Origin: an uncultured Ignavibacteria bacterium
GTDB lineage: Bacteria; Bacteroidota; Ignavibacteria; Tepidaquicellales; OLB5
Direction: 5' to 3'
Assembly: GCA_963816535.1 (NCBI GenBank)
Contig: CAWFKW010000003.1
Location: 510,526 to 574,525 of the forward strand
DNA length: 64,000 nucleotides
Shown: positions 19,003 through 28,002 of the stretch, in pieces
Layout: each line of letters begins with the position of its first letter
Numbering within the stretch: position 1 is the stretch's first letter
Position numbers and translations under genes: made by a program
The notes under the pieces: model-generated
What the model was told of the DNA's origin: nothing
Databases searched by the model: none
What the model saw: only the letters and a program-made list of their open reading frames with translations

Positions 19003-19216
19003 ATAGACCTCTGAGGCCGAATGGCAAAAATGGAAAAAAGCAGCAAAGTAAAAGAAAATCTAACAAACGCCATTTGAGAATGAGCGTTATGAAAGAAAAC
19101 CTTGCTGCTAAAATTTTGGATTGTAAGAAGTGGTTAGATTTTCTTTACTACAAAAATATAACATGAAGTGGCTAAAATTCTTAATAGTGTTAATAGCAAA
19201 CTTAATATTAAGTGTA

Positions 19217-20416
19217 TTAACTTTTTATCTTTGAAATTAATCTTGTAAGTTTCTGTGATGTTTTAGGTATGCTTTGAGAAGATACTGCAAGCGATTTAAA
19301 AGGTTTATTCAATTTGTTCCTAAAAATAGAACTGGCTTTTTTCCAAATTTCTGCATCATTCATTAGCTTAATATCATTTTTGCATAATTCTGTCAAACAA
19401 AAAGTAAGCTCATTTTGATAAGCACACCATATGATGGGTTTAGCTTCACAATTTGTAAGGGGATTTTCATTAATATCTTCAAAATTTGCAATATAGTTTT
19501 CTATTGAATCTTGATTGCATTGTATCAGATCATTTCCAATCCATACATTTAACAAATTTTGTAATTGCTCAATAGTGCCAAGCCAAATAAGTCTATATTT
19601 CTTTTGAGTAATGTTTTTTTCAGCATTATCGATTTTATTATTGTTCCCAAATTCGATTACTTTTTCACGATATTTAATCTCTCTTTCTACTTTTTCAATA
19701 AATATCTGATCTGCAATTAAGTGCTGATATTCAATTGGCGTATTAAGGTAATTTTTATTAAAGTTTTCTAAATATAAAAATTGTTCTTTTACACCAGAAA
19801 TTTGATTACAAAACGTCATAAGTTCATCAAAATCACGCTTCAAATAAGAGTAACCTGCGTAAGCAAAATTACCAGTAAATCCTGTAATTATTTTATCCCA
19901 AATAGTATTTGTCTTATTTTCAGATTTTTCACTTTGGGGGGTAACAGATGCTTTTCTATTAATCTGGCTATCCAGTAATTCATAATATTTTTCCAAGCGC
20001 TCATTGATATAATCAATAAAGGTGTTATCTCCAGTGGGATAAGCCTTATCAAACTCATATTTTGCTTTTACTTTATTCATATATTCAATTTTCTTTTCAA
20101 ACGTATCCAATTGTTGTAAATCATTCGTTATTCCTTTCATCAATTCACCATATGACACAATACTTACATATTTTCGGTAATTTTTAAATTCACTCTCTGT
20201 TAATGCCACTATCTGCCCACAAAAATGTTTATCACTGCCAATAATCCACCCACCTATTTCGTTTACAACGTACTGAAATTTGAAAGTCAATTCAATATTC
20301 CCAGCAAGTCTCATCTTTTCCGGAAATGAATTTGTTTCATCATGTGCCGAATGAGTTACGGATTCATTTGCGGAATCGCTCTTATAATTCGATCCATTCG
20401 ATTTGTTTTCTTCCAA
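19217..20416 (-). CDS. Hypothetical protein (399 aa), last gene of the four-gene module
   Basis: Long ORF with no overlap. N-terminal S/N-rich tail and a central K/E-rich helical region. The C-terminal segment RLIWLGTIEQLQNLLNVWIGNDLIQ faintly resembles RteC-type winged helices (weak). Confidence 0.6.
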   Translation of the reverse strand: MEENKSNGSNYKSDSANESVTHSAHDETNSFPEKMRLAGNIELTFKFQYVVNEIGGWIIGSDKHFCGQIVALTESEFKNYRKYVSIVSYGELMKGITNDLQQLDTFEKKIEYMNKVKAKYEFDKAYPTGDNTFIDYINERLEKYYELLDSQINRKASVTPQSEKSENKTNTIWDKIITGFTGNFAYAGYSYLKRDFDELMTFCNQISGVKEQFLYLENFNKNYLNTPIEYQHLIADQIFIEKVEREIKYREKVIEFGNNNKIDNAEKNITQKKYRLIWLGTIEQLQNLLNVWIGNDLIQCNQDSIENYIANFEDINENPLTNCEAKPIIWCAYQNELTFCLTELCKNDIKLMNDAEIWKKASSIFRNKLNKPFKSLAVSSQSIPKTSQKLTRLISKIKS

Positions 20417-20436
20417 TCGCAGTTTTCCCTTGATTG

Positions 20437-20970
20437 TTATAGAGATTGCAAAAATGTTGTTATCGTTGCTGAAAATCTACATTCTACATAACCATCCTCT
20501 TTAAGCAAAAGAGCCGCATCTTTTAATTTTTCCTTGAAATTTTTTAGCTCTTCAGAATTTAGTATCTTATCAAAACCAATTCCTGAAGCATAAGGTTCTT
20601 TTTCGTGTAAGTTACTTAATACCTCTAAAAGTCGTATTGATATTTCTCTTAAATCTAAGGGTGATATATTTATATCTGTTACTTTAATTTCATTTTCAGT
20701 GATGTTAACTTTATCCCAGCCTTTCTCTTCACAATACAAAATTCCTTTTGATGTTAAACTAACATAATAAAAAATTCCATCTTCAGCACGCTCACCGGTA
20801 ATATATCCGCTATCCTCTAAATAATCCATAGCTCTATGCACTTTATTACCAGAATCAGAATATCTTTCCTGCTTATAAATTTTGTCCATTGACAGATAAT
20901 CGTTATCGCCTAAGATTATATAAATATCTCTCAGGATGATATCAGCCATTTCTCTCAATCCTAATGTCAT
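20437..20970 (-). CDS. Hypothetical protein with two winged-helix-like halves (YjcQ/DUF2513-like, weak)
   Basis: 177 aa. VHRAMDYLEDSGYITGE...YVSLTSKGILYCEEKG, and a second half with AALLLKEDGYVECR. Confidence 0.5.
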   Translation of the reverse strand: MTLGLREMADIILRDIYIILGDNDYLSMDKIYKQERYSDSGNKVHRAMDYLEDSGYITGERAEDGIFYYVSLTSKGILYCEEKGWDKVNITENEIKVTDINISPLDLREISIRLLEVLSNLHEKEPYASGIGFDKILNSEELKNFKEKLKDAALLLKEDGYVECRFSATITTFLQSL

Positions 20971-21027
20971 TTTTTAATCCTTATAAAAAGTAGGATATGA
21001 TTTTCTTTTTGCCATTTACAATACATT

Positions 21028-21942
21028 TTATATTTGACTTTTAGCCATATTTAAAACCCTTCTCAATTCAAATACAAAATTCTTCATTGTTTCAGGATCA
21101 TGAAGGATTTTCTCAGGTATAGATCTAAACCGGTCCCCCAGAATAGGCATCATATCCCTTTTTTCTTTCCCATCGTTTATTCGTTCAATATATGGGTTAC
21201 TAATAATCGTCTCCGAATGAGCAATTTTATTTCTAACATCTAAGAGCTTGTCAATGAATTTTTCACGTTCTTTTTTTGATTCAAAAGTGAATATATCAGC
21301 GTCTTTTAGCAGCTTAAATTTGTCCCGCATGTTTAAATGATATAGCAAATCTCTATATTTTGCAAATGTGTCTCCAGCTCTAAATACTTGTACTTTTTCA
21401 ATTCTTTCCTTTGATAATACCTTGCTAATCGAAATGTTATTATTTCTTATTAATTCGTTTAATGCATTATCAAGTTCTAATATTAATGAAAATATGACCA
21501 ATTTTACTTCATTACAATCAAGGTCATAAAAACTAATTGTGCCTATTATTGCATTTTTGTCTAACACCAAAAAAAAATCATCTTTAATATTGAACATTGC
21601 AATTACATCCAACAGTGGAGTTTCTGAACTTAAAAATAAGTTTGCTGGAATAGGTTCAACAAGCTCTCCCCAAACATTTAAGATTGAATCATCTTCTTCA
21701 TTGACAAATCTTACTTTATCGTAATTCGATTTAGAAGTAAAGTACCCTGATATCTTATTGTTATCCTTAATTATAACCACCCAACAACCTAATGAAATAT
21801 CATCATGATAAAATGAAGGTTCCGGGAAATCTCCTACCACATCAATAGAATCATAAAAATAAAGATTATCACTCCGTGCTATATCTTTAGCAGTAAATGT
21901 AGTTGCGATTTTTTCAAAATTTGAAAATTGAATCAGTTCCAT
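21028..21942 (-). CDS. CBS-pair (Bateman) domain fused to a HEPN-like domain with an Rx4H motif
   Basis: 304 aa. CBS-like PANLFLSSETPLLDVIAMFNIKDDFFLVLDKNAIIGTISFYDLD, plus an earlier weaker CBS. The C-terminal helical region carries LLDVRNKIAHSE (R-N-K-I-A-H), as in Abi/HEPN RNases. Confidence 0.6.
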   Translation of the reverse strand: MELIQFSNFEKIATTFTAKDIARSDNLYFYDSIDVVGDFPEPSFYHDDISLGCWVVIIKDNNKISGYFTSKSNYDKVRFVNEEDDSILNVWGELVEPIPANLFLSSETPLLDVIAMFNIKDDFFLVLDKNAIIGTISFYDLDCNEVKLVIFSLILELDNALNELIRNNNISISKVLSKERIEKVQVFRAGDTFAKYRDLLYHLNMRDKFKLLKDADIFTFESKKEREKFIDKLLDVRNKIAHSETIISNPYIERINDGKEKRDMMPILGDRFRSIPEKILHDPETMKNFVFELRRVLNMAKSQI

Positions 21943-21960
21943 TTAGGATGTATAATACTG

Positions 21961-22170
21961 TTAAAGTTTAATTATAATTTCTTTAGGCAAACTTTTTAAT
22001 AAGTTGTCAAATTCTTGTACTTCTTTTGAAACATTATCTCCCTTTAATCTTATACTTGCCCTGCAATGTGGGCATTTAATTAAACCGGGCTTTATATCGC
22101 CCAATGAAAGGCCTAAGTTACGTTTACATTTTGGACAGCTCATTTCTGATTTTTGTGTTGATAAGCTCAT
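21961..22170 (-). CDS. Small zinc-ribbon protein
   Basis: 69 aa. CPKC...(17 aa)...CPHC, MJ0042-like CxxC pairs. It ends 18 nt upstream of the CBS-HEPN gene. Confidence 0.6.
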   Translation of the reverse strand: MSLSTQKSEMSCPKCKRNLGLSLGDIKPGLIKCPHCRASIRLKGDNVSKEVQEFDNLLKSLPKEIIIKL

Positions 22171-22247
22171 TTTATTTTAAGTTTTGATTAATGAAAAAAT
22201 TTTTCGAAAGACCAGTCAGTTTTGAATACTGTTTTCTACAATAACAT

Positions 22248-22516
22248 TCATTTTTTTAGAAATATATCTCCTAAAAAGTCATCGATATTATTAAAATATT
22301 TATCCGTAATACCAATTAAGTTTAAATTCAACTTTTTATAAATGCTTTCTTTTTCTTGTTTCCGCTTCATATATCTTTGATTATCATCTGGTGGTTTAAG
22401 TCAAAGTGAGTAACAAATTGTCTTCTTTTCTGATGTAATGGCTCAAATTTCTTGAGTAAACTATCCTTTTGTTTTTCAAAAGTAGCCTCTAATTCTCTTA
22501 AATCTGTAATATCCAT
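22248..22516 (-). pseudogene. Degraded or frameshifted small gene remnant in the mid-island gap
   Basis: ATG at 22516 gives MDITDLRELEATFEKQKDSLLKKFEPLHQKRRQFVTHFDLNHQMIIKDI*. Another frame continues KRKQEKESIYKKLNLNLIGITDKYFNNIDDFLGDIFLKK*. Confidence 0.3.
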
Positions 22517-22575
22517 GTGATAGTTAAATAAATCTATAATGCTAAATCCTGCATGGTGTTAATTAGTTTGTCACT

Positions 22576-24516
22576 TTACTCGCCGTTATCAAACACAATT
22601 ATACTTTCATCACCTGCAATATTTCTAATCTTCATTCTTAATGGTTTTTTAACACAGGTTATCTTCGCATCCCAAAATGTTTTTGTTTTTTTGCCATCCT
22701 CAATTGCATAACCGAGTTTATCAATTTTAATTTCTTTGTCGCTATGCCAAATACTATCTTTATTTTCACAGTCCAAACTTATCAATTCAATGAGTTCTAA
22801 TCCGTCTTTACTGATTTCTATTGTTGAAAATTTCTTTTTCTTTTTGCCATTTCCATTTTCTTTTTCACCCCCATTGTCGTTACCGTTTTCACCATTTCCA
22901 TTTTCTATCTCGGTTAATGGCTGCAACATTCCCTTCTGATTATGTTCATCAATCTTTTTTCGCAATCTATCGCTTATAAACTTTGTGATTTCAATTTCAT
23001 AAGCATCGTTTTCTTCTTTAATTTTATATTCAACAACATCATCCGAAATGATATTATCTAATATTTGTTTCAAATCACGGAGTTCAATTTCTTTATCTGT
23101 TGTTGTTTGTTCTTTGATAAACTTTCTGATCTCTTTTTCATTATCAATGTCTATGTAATACACTATTACTTTTTTTACACTGTCTGATAACTCAGGAATA
23201 GCTTCGTTGATTACTCGATTCATTAAATACTTATCCAAAACTTTTGTAGTATGGTCAAGTAAATTTGGGATATATACAGGTATAAATCCCAGTTTACTGT
23301 CGTTTATTGACCCTTCCCAAAACTTATCCAACTTATCTTCATTTTTCAAACCCAAAATCATTGTTTTGAGTTTCTCCATTGTTTGAACTGGATTGCGAAA
23401 TAGATTTACTCCGTCTTTTATTTCAAGAATATCAAATTCCGTTTTACTTGCTATCAATCTATCTCGTGTAGTTTGGATGCTATTTATACCAACATCACAA
23501 TGAATAAAATTTCTATCTAAATCATTAGCAACCTTAGCCATTACTCCTCCCCCACCAAAGAAATCGGCTACCAACATCCCTTTATAGCTACTTGCTTTGA
23601 TAATTCGTTCTAATAATTTTTGAGGTTTTCCTGTAGAATAACCAATTTCTCTTATTTCAGTTGCATTAATGCCTATGTTCCAAACATCATACTCTCCAAT
23701 GCCAGCTTTCTTATAAGTTTTGACTTTTTCACCTCTCGGATTTTTATTCCAATAATACCAATTCTTCTTTTCCTCATCCCATTCTTTGAATCTTTCTTCT
23801 TGTTCTTTTGTGTATGGAATTGCTACATCATTAAAATTAAATACCCATTCTTCACTTTTTGAATACCAAAAAATTGTGTCATGTTTTCTATTGAATTGAG
23901 TGGAGGGGTCACTGCCACTTGGATACCACCAGATTATTTCATTCCTAAAATAATCTTCGCCGAATATCTCATCCATTAATATCTTCATGTAAGCACCAAT
24001 GTGCCAATCAGCGTGGACATATATGCTTGCGTTTTCACTCATCACATTATTAATTGCCATTAAATTTTCATACATCCAGTTTAGGTATGATTCTTTGTTC
24101 CAAATATCGCCATACATCTTTTCCTCAAATGATTTCAAATCATCTATTTCAATTTCTTCCTCGGCTTTTTTAATTGCTGTGGCAATTTTAGGGTTTCTGC
24201 GTATGTAAACCTGTTTTGCATAATCTGCACCACTTGCAAAAGGCGGGTCAATGTAAACAAGGTCAAGTTTAATTCCTTTATCTTTAAGATAAGCACAGGC
24301 AGACACACAATCACCACGAATGACCATGTTTTTTGAGTTATTGCCTACGCTTTCTTTTTTCTCTACTTCATAGTAAGGCATACCACGAATAATTTTCTCT
24401 TTCAACTCTTTGTCGTTTCCACGATATTTGAGGGCCCTGCGAGACCGAACGAAATTGTTTAGAATAGCTTGCCCTTCAACTGTATCAGGCAAAAAAGGAA
24501 CATATTTTAATGGCAT
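22576..24516 (-). CDS. N6-adenine/N4-cytosine DNA methyltransferase, beta-class (Type III Mod-like) with a long C-terminal extension
   Basis: 646 aa. Motif IV is DLVYIDPPF and motif I is VADFFGGGGV, in beta-class order. A low-complexity linker ENGNGENGNDNGGEKENGNGKKKKK precedes a ~90-aa C-terminal domain. Confidence 0.85.
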   Translation of the reverse strand: MPLKYVPFLPDTVEGQAILNNFVRSRRALKYRGNDKELKEKIIRGMPYYEVEKKESVGNNSKNMVIRGDCVSACAYLKDKGIKLDLVYIDPPFASGADYAKQVYIRRNPKIATAIKKAEEEIEIDDLKSFEEKMYGDIWNKESYLNWMYENLMAINNVMSENASIYVHADWHIGAYMKILMDEIFGEDYFRNEIIWWYPSGSDPSTQFNRKHDTIFWYSKSEEWVFNFNDVAIPYTKEQEERFKEWDEEKKNWYYWNKNPRGEKVKTYKKAGIGEYDVWNIGINATEIREIGYSTGKPQKLLERIIKASSYKGMLVADFFGGGGVMAKVANDLDRNFIHCDVGINSIQTTRDRLIASKTEFDILEIKDGVNLFRNPVQTMEKLKTMILGLKNEDKLDKFWEGSINDSKLGFIPVYIPNLLDHTTKVLDKYLMNRVINEAIPELSDSVKKVIVYYIDIDNEKEIRKFIKEQTTTDKEIELRDLKQILDNIISDDVVEYKIKEENDAYEIEITKFISDRLRKKIDEHNQKGMLQPLTEIENGNGENGNDNGGEKENGNGKKKKKFSTIEISKDGLELIELISLDCENKDSIWHSDKEIKIDKLGYAIEDGKKTKTFWDAKITCVKKPLRMKIRNIAGDESIIVFDNGE

Positions 24517-24519
24517 ATT

Positions 24520-27366
24520 TTAATCGTTAAAAAAATTTGTGATTTTGTTAGTCATGTATGTTCGGTTGCTATCCCAAGTAACATCATCGCTTATATACGC
24601 AAAATCAAATTTACTGTATTTAAATTTTTCATTGTTCAGTCGTAGAAATTCCGTCTCCATAAATGTTTTTCTTAATAAAAATTCTTTTTGTTCGGCGAAG
24701 CCTTTTCCTTTTGTTTCTACAATTAGAGCTTTGTAAATGGAATTTCCCTTTCGTTGAATGATTAGAAAATCGGGTGTATAAATTCCTACAGGTTTCCAGC
24801 CTGTTGAATGCTCTGAATAGCAAAGAATTTTAAACGAAGTTAAATCCCGTTCACCATTGTAATAAATTTCAAGGTCGCCCTTTTGAAATACGCCAAGTTG
24901 TAAACAATCTTTCAAAAAATTCATTTCAAACCTGCTTTGAGAAAAAAAATACGGCATATAATGTAACGTTTTGTCTTTGGAATACACTGCTTCAGAGAAA
25001 TTTATAGAATCGGCTATTCCAGAGAGTCCTTGACTGCGAAGTGTCTCACGTATTTCATTCAATGCAGTTTGTTGATTTTTTCCCGAATTATCTAAATCAA
25101 TAATTTGTGTAAGGCTGTCTTTGTCGGGATAAAGATTAGGATGTTCGGGAACAGAATCGAGTTTAGAAACAAGAAGCAATGAAGCTGTATATTCAAAAAT
25201 TTCTTCTTCCGTTTTAATATCTCTTTTACAATGGAATGCTTTTCTAATCAGTGATTTTACTTCTCCCTGGTCATAGAGTTCATTGAAAAAACATTTTCCA
25301 TTTGAAGTATAAGTAATGATTGAATAGATATCACTTAAAACTTTTTCGTATGGTGCAAGTTGTTCTAATGAACATGAACCAAAACTTTCTTTGCAGATGT
25401 CATACAACCAATAGTCATAAATTGCTTCTGCCTCCCCTTGCTTTTGCAAAACAGTTCTGGTAACCGGGTCATTAGGATTCAATCCTCTTTCAGTAATAAC
25501 CAAAGTATTTAATAATGAATTGTCAGAAGAAATATTTTCTAATTTTTCTTTTGTGTGAGGAGTATCTTCAATAATCAATTCGCTGTATTTTACGCTGAGT
25601 TGATAAAAACTTATGTCAGGCAGTTTAAGATATTCCATTCGGGAATATCTCGGCACCTCTGTAGTTCCTATTCCCTTGCCAGCTTTATTGATTTCTTCAA
25701 TACTTGTTCGCTGTTCGTTCTTTAATTGTTTGTCTAATTTTTCTTCATTGAAAGCATTCAGAAAAATTATTGCGGTTTCATCTTTTGCAATATCCACTTC
25801 ACGAAGGCAACGACAAGAAGTTTGCAAAACCATATTCGTAGGGCAATCTCCTTGCTGTGCAAGAATAACTCCAGTCAAACTTCTGCAATCCCAACCTTCT
25901 TTTCCAATTTGTGCAAGTAAAATAATTCTTTTTTTAGAAATGTCTTTGTCAAGTGAGAGATATTCCAGTTCTGCTTCCTTAGAGACTTTGTGTTGTTTGT
26001 TTCCTTTGTGATAGCGCAAAATTTCTTCTGGATTTATTTTCAGTTCTCCAGTAAGGAACGGAAAAACTTCTTCTTCCAAGCGGTTTATCAGTCCGCAATA
26101 GATTGCAAGTTTTGCAACCGTTCCGTTTGTATAAATCTTCTCGCCATACTGCCTGTAAAATTCGATTACTCCTTCTTTGATAATATTAAGAGGTCTGTTA
26201 TCAGTTGATGCCTTGATATATGGTTTCTTCAAAAAATTTCCTATTCCCTGAATGAGAGGATAATAATAAATTGTGTTTGTTATCTGGTTAAACTTCAAAA
26301 ATACATCATCATCCACTGTAATTTTTTCAGCTCTTTCAAGATAAGGCGTTCCTGAAAAACCAAGTGTTGTTGTAACATTTCCTGAATTGTTCCAGCGATT
26401 TACAACTTGTCTCAATTCAATATCGCTGTCAGTAGCGTGATGAACTTCATCTATAAGAATTTGAAGATTAGGAATTTTCCCGATTAAGTTTCGGAGTTCG
26501 TTTGCATACTTGTCTTTCTCATCTTCGGTTTTTTCTATTAATTCATTTTGTGCTGAAAGTTCAAGCCGTTCAAGGATAACTTTCTCTGCATTTACAACAA
26601 ACACTTGCCCGAATGGGTCAGGCAAACATTTATTTACTTTTTCAGCATTGGGGTTTCTTGCTTTATTGCTTTTCTTTCCTGTCTTTTGTTGGTCAAGCAC
26701 TTCAAATTTTAAAATCTTCTTCAGCTCACTTGCAGCAGGGTCAGGTAATATCCACTTAGGATTGAAGTTCTCAATCGTCTTTAAACTTGGTACGATAGAA
26801 GATTTTAAACCAGAGGGTACTAATACCAAAAAGTTGTGAGCAAAATTTTTATTTTCGGGTTCAAGTTGTGCAAAATACAGGTCAAGATAAATAAATGCTG
26901 CCATCAGATATGTTTTACCTGCTCCCATCGGCAAACTGAAAAGATAATCAGTATAATTTACATTGTAGAAAATTGATTTGATGATTTTATCGTAGTCTAA
27001 TTTGTCGGCTTTATCTTTTATGAGTCTTTCCAATTCGGGTAAAAGAGTGTTGCTATTTGTTTTTATTCTTGAAAACTCAAATAATGCACGTGCTGAAATA
27101 TTATTTTCCAAATGCTTTCTTGCTGCCTGACTTAGGAGTTCTACTGATAAATTCACTGAATCTTTGATAAAAAAACCTTCTGTGAAAAGTTTCCAAAGTG
27201 GCTTGTTTTCACATTGAATTTTTAAGAAAAGATATTGTTCAATAGCATCTATCTGGGTGTCGCGCAAAGCACCCGTAATTCGGATGTAGTCAATGAGAAA
27301 CTTAACGCTACAATCGGGTGAATTAAGCCACTCTTTTCTCTTATCTGAAATTATATTCTGAAGCAA
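24520..27366 (-). CDS. Type III Res-like helicase-nuclease
   Basis: 948 aa. Walker A PMGAGKT and DEAH-type box LIDEVHH. The C-terminal PD-(D/E)xK motif is YTPDFLII...LIVETKGKG. Its stop is 3 nt from the Mod start. Confidence 0.85.
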   Translation of the reverse strand: MLQNIISDKRKEWLNSPDCSVKFLIDYIRITGALRDTQIDAIEQYLFLKIQCENKPLWKLFTEGFFIKDSVNLSVELLSQAARKHLENNISARALFEFSRIKTNSNTLLPELERLIKDKADKLDYDKIIKSIFYNVNYTDYLFSLPMGAGKTYLMAAFIYLDLYFAQLEPENKNFAHNFLVLVPSGLKSSIVPSLKTIENFNPKWILPDPAASELKKILKFEVLDQQKTGKKSNKARNPNAEKVNKCLPDPFGQVFVVNAEKVILERLELSAQNELIEKTEDEKDKYANELRNLIGKIPNLQILIDEVHHATDSDIELRQVVNRWNNSGNVTTTLGFSGTPYLERAEKITVDDDVFLKFNQITNTIYYYPLIQGIGNFLKKPYIKASTDNRPLNIIKEGVIEFYRQYGEKIYTNGTVAKLAIYCGLINRLEEEVFPFLTGELKINPEEILRYHKGNKQHKVSKEAELEYLSLDKDISKKRIILLAQIGKEGWDCRSLTGVILAQQGDCPTNMVLQTSCRCLREVDIAKDETAIIFLNAFNEEKLDKQLKNEQRTSIEEINKAGKGIGTTEVPRYSRMEYLKLPDISFYQLSVKYSELIIEDTPHTKEKLENISSDNSLLNTLVITERGLNPNDPVTRTVLQKQGEAEAIYDYWLYDICKESFGSCSLEQLAPYEKVLSDIYSIITYTSNGKCFFNELYDQGEVKSLIRKAFHCKRDIKTEEEIFEYTASLLLVSKLDSVPEHPNLYPDKDSLTQIIDLDNSGKNQQTALNEIRETLRSQGLSGIADSINFSEAVYSKDKTLHYMPYFFSQSRFEMNFLKDCLQLGVFQKGDLEIYYNGERDLTSFKILCYSEHSTGWKPVGIYTPDFLIIQRKGNSIYKALIVETKGKGFAEQKEFLLRKTFMETEFLRLNNEKFKYSKFDFAYISDDVTWDSNRTYMTNKITNFFND

Positions 27367-27423
27367 TTTCTATTTGTCTCGGTTTTTGAAATCATTGTTT
27401 TAAAACCTTTAGTCAAATTTTGT

Positions 27424-28002
27424 TTATAAAAATGAAATTAATTGAGCAATTGTTTGTGCGTTATTATCATCAAATCTCATCATATAGAATGGTATTTTTC
27501 TATTGCCTTGATATCTTACTGTAAAATTTCTCTGATGATTCATATCTATCCCTAAAGCCCATCCAAAAAACCATAATTCAGTTAGTCGGGCATTAGTGAA
27601 AAAAACCTGTATGTTAATTTCCTTGAAATTTACTCTTGGCGGATGAATTATATGTTCATTCAATAATACATCTGCAATGTTATCATATTGAGAAATGGAA
27701 GATCGAACCTCAATGTTATGGTTATTCACTTGTAAATCAAAACGTTTGCGTTGTGTTTGCCAATTTGGTCTTACTCCCGGATCATCCCAGTCAATGACTG
27801 GTAATCCTTTTGTTAGCAAATACTGTTTGAAAGATATTTTAGCAATATCTCCCATTCTCGAAGCCTCGTACTTTTCCCTTAAACCTCTACCTCTAATAAA
27901 GGTATCATTGATTGGATGTTTTAGGGCTGATACTCTTTCCGCCTCTCTTACATCTGCTCGTTTGACACTCCATTGAATTACATTTCTCACATTTACTGGC
28001 AT
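27424..28002 (-). CDS. Hypothetical protein, possible PD-(D/E)xK-fold variant
   Basis: 192 aa, ending 57 nt upstream of res. RFDLQVNNHNIEVRSS resembles a D...ExK core with K replaced by R (weak). Confidence 0.4.
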   Translation of the reverse strand: MPVNVRNVIQWSVKRADVREAERVSALKHPINDTFIRGRGLREKYEASRMGDIAKISFKQYLLTKGLPVIDWDDPGVRPNWQTQRKRFDLQVNNHNIEVRSSISQYDNIADVLLNEHIIHPPRVNFKEINIQVFFTNARLTELWFFGWALGIDMNHQRNFTVRYQGNRKIPFYMMRFDDNNAQTIAQLISFL

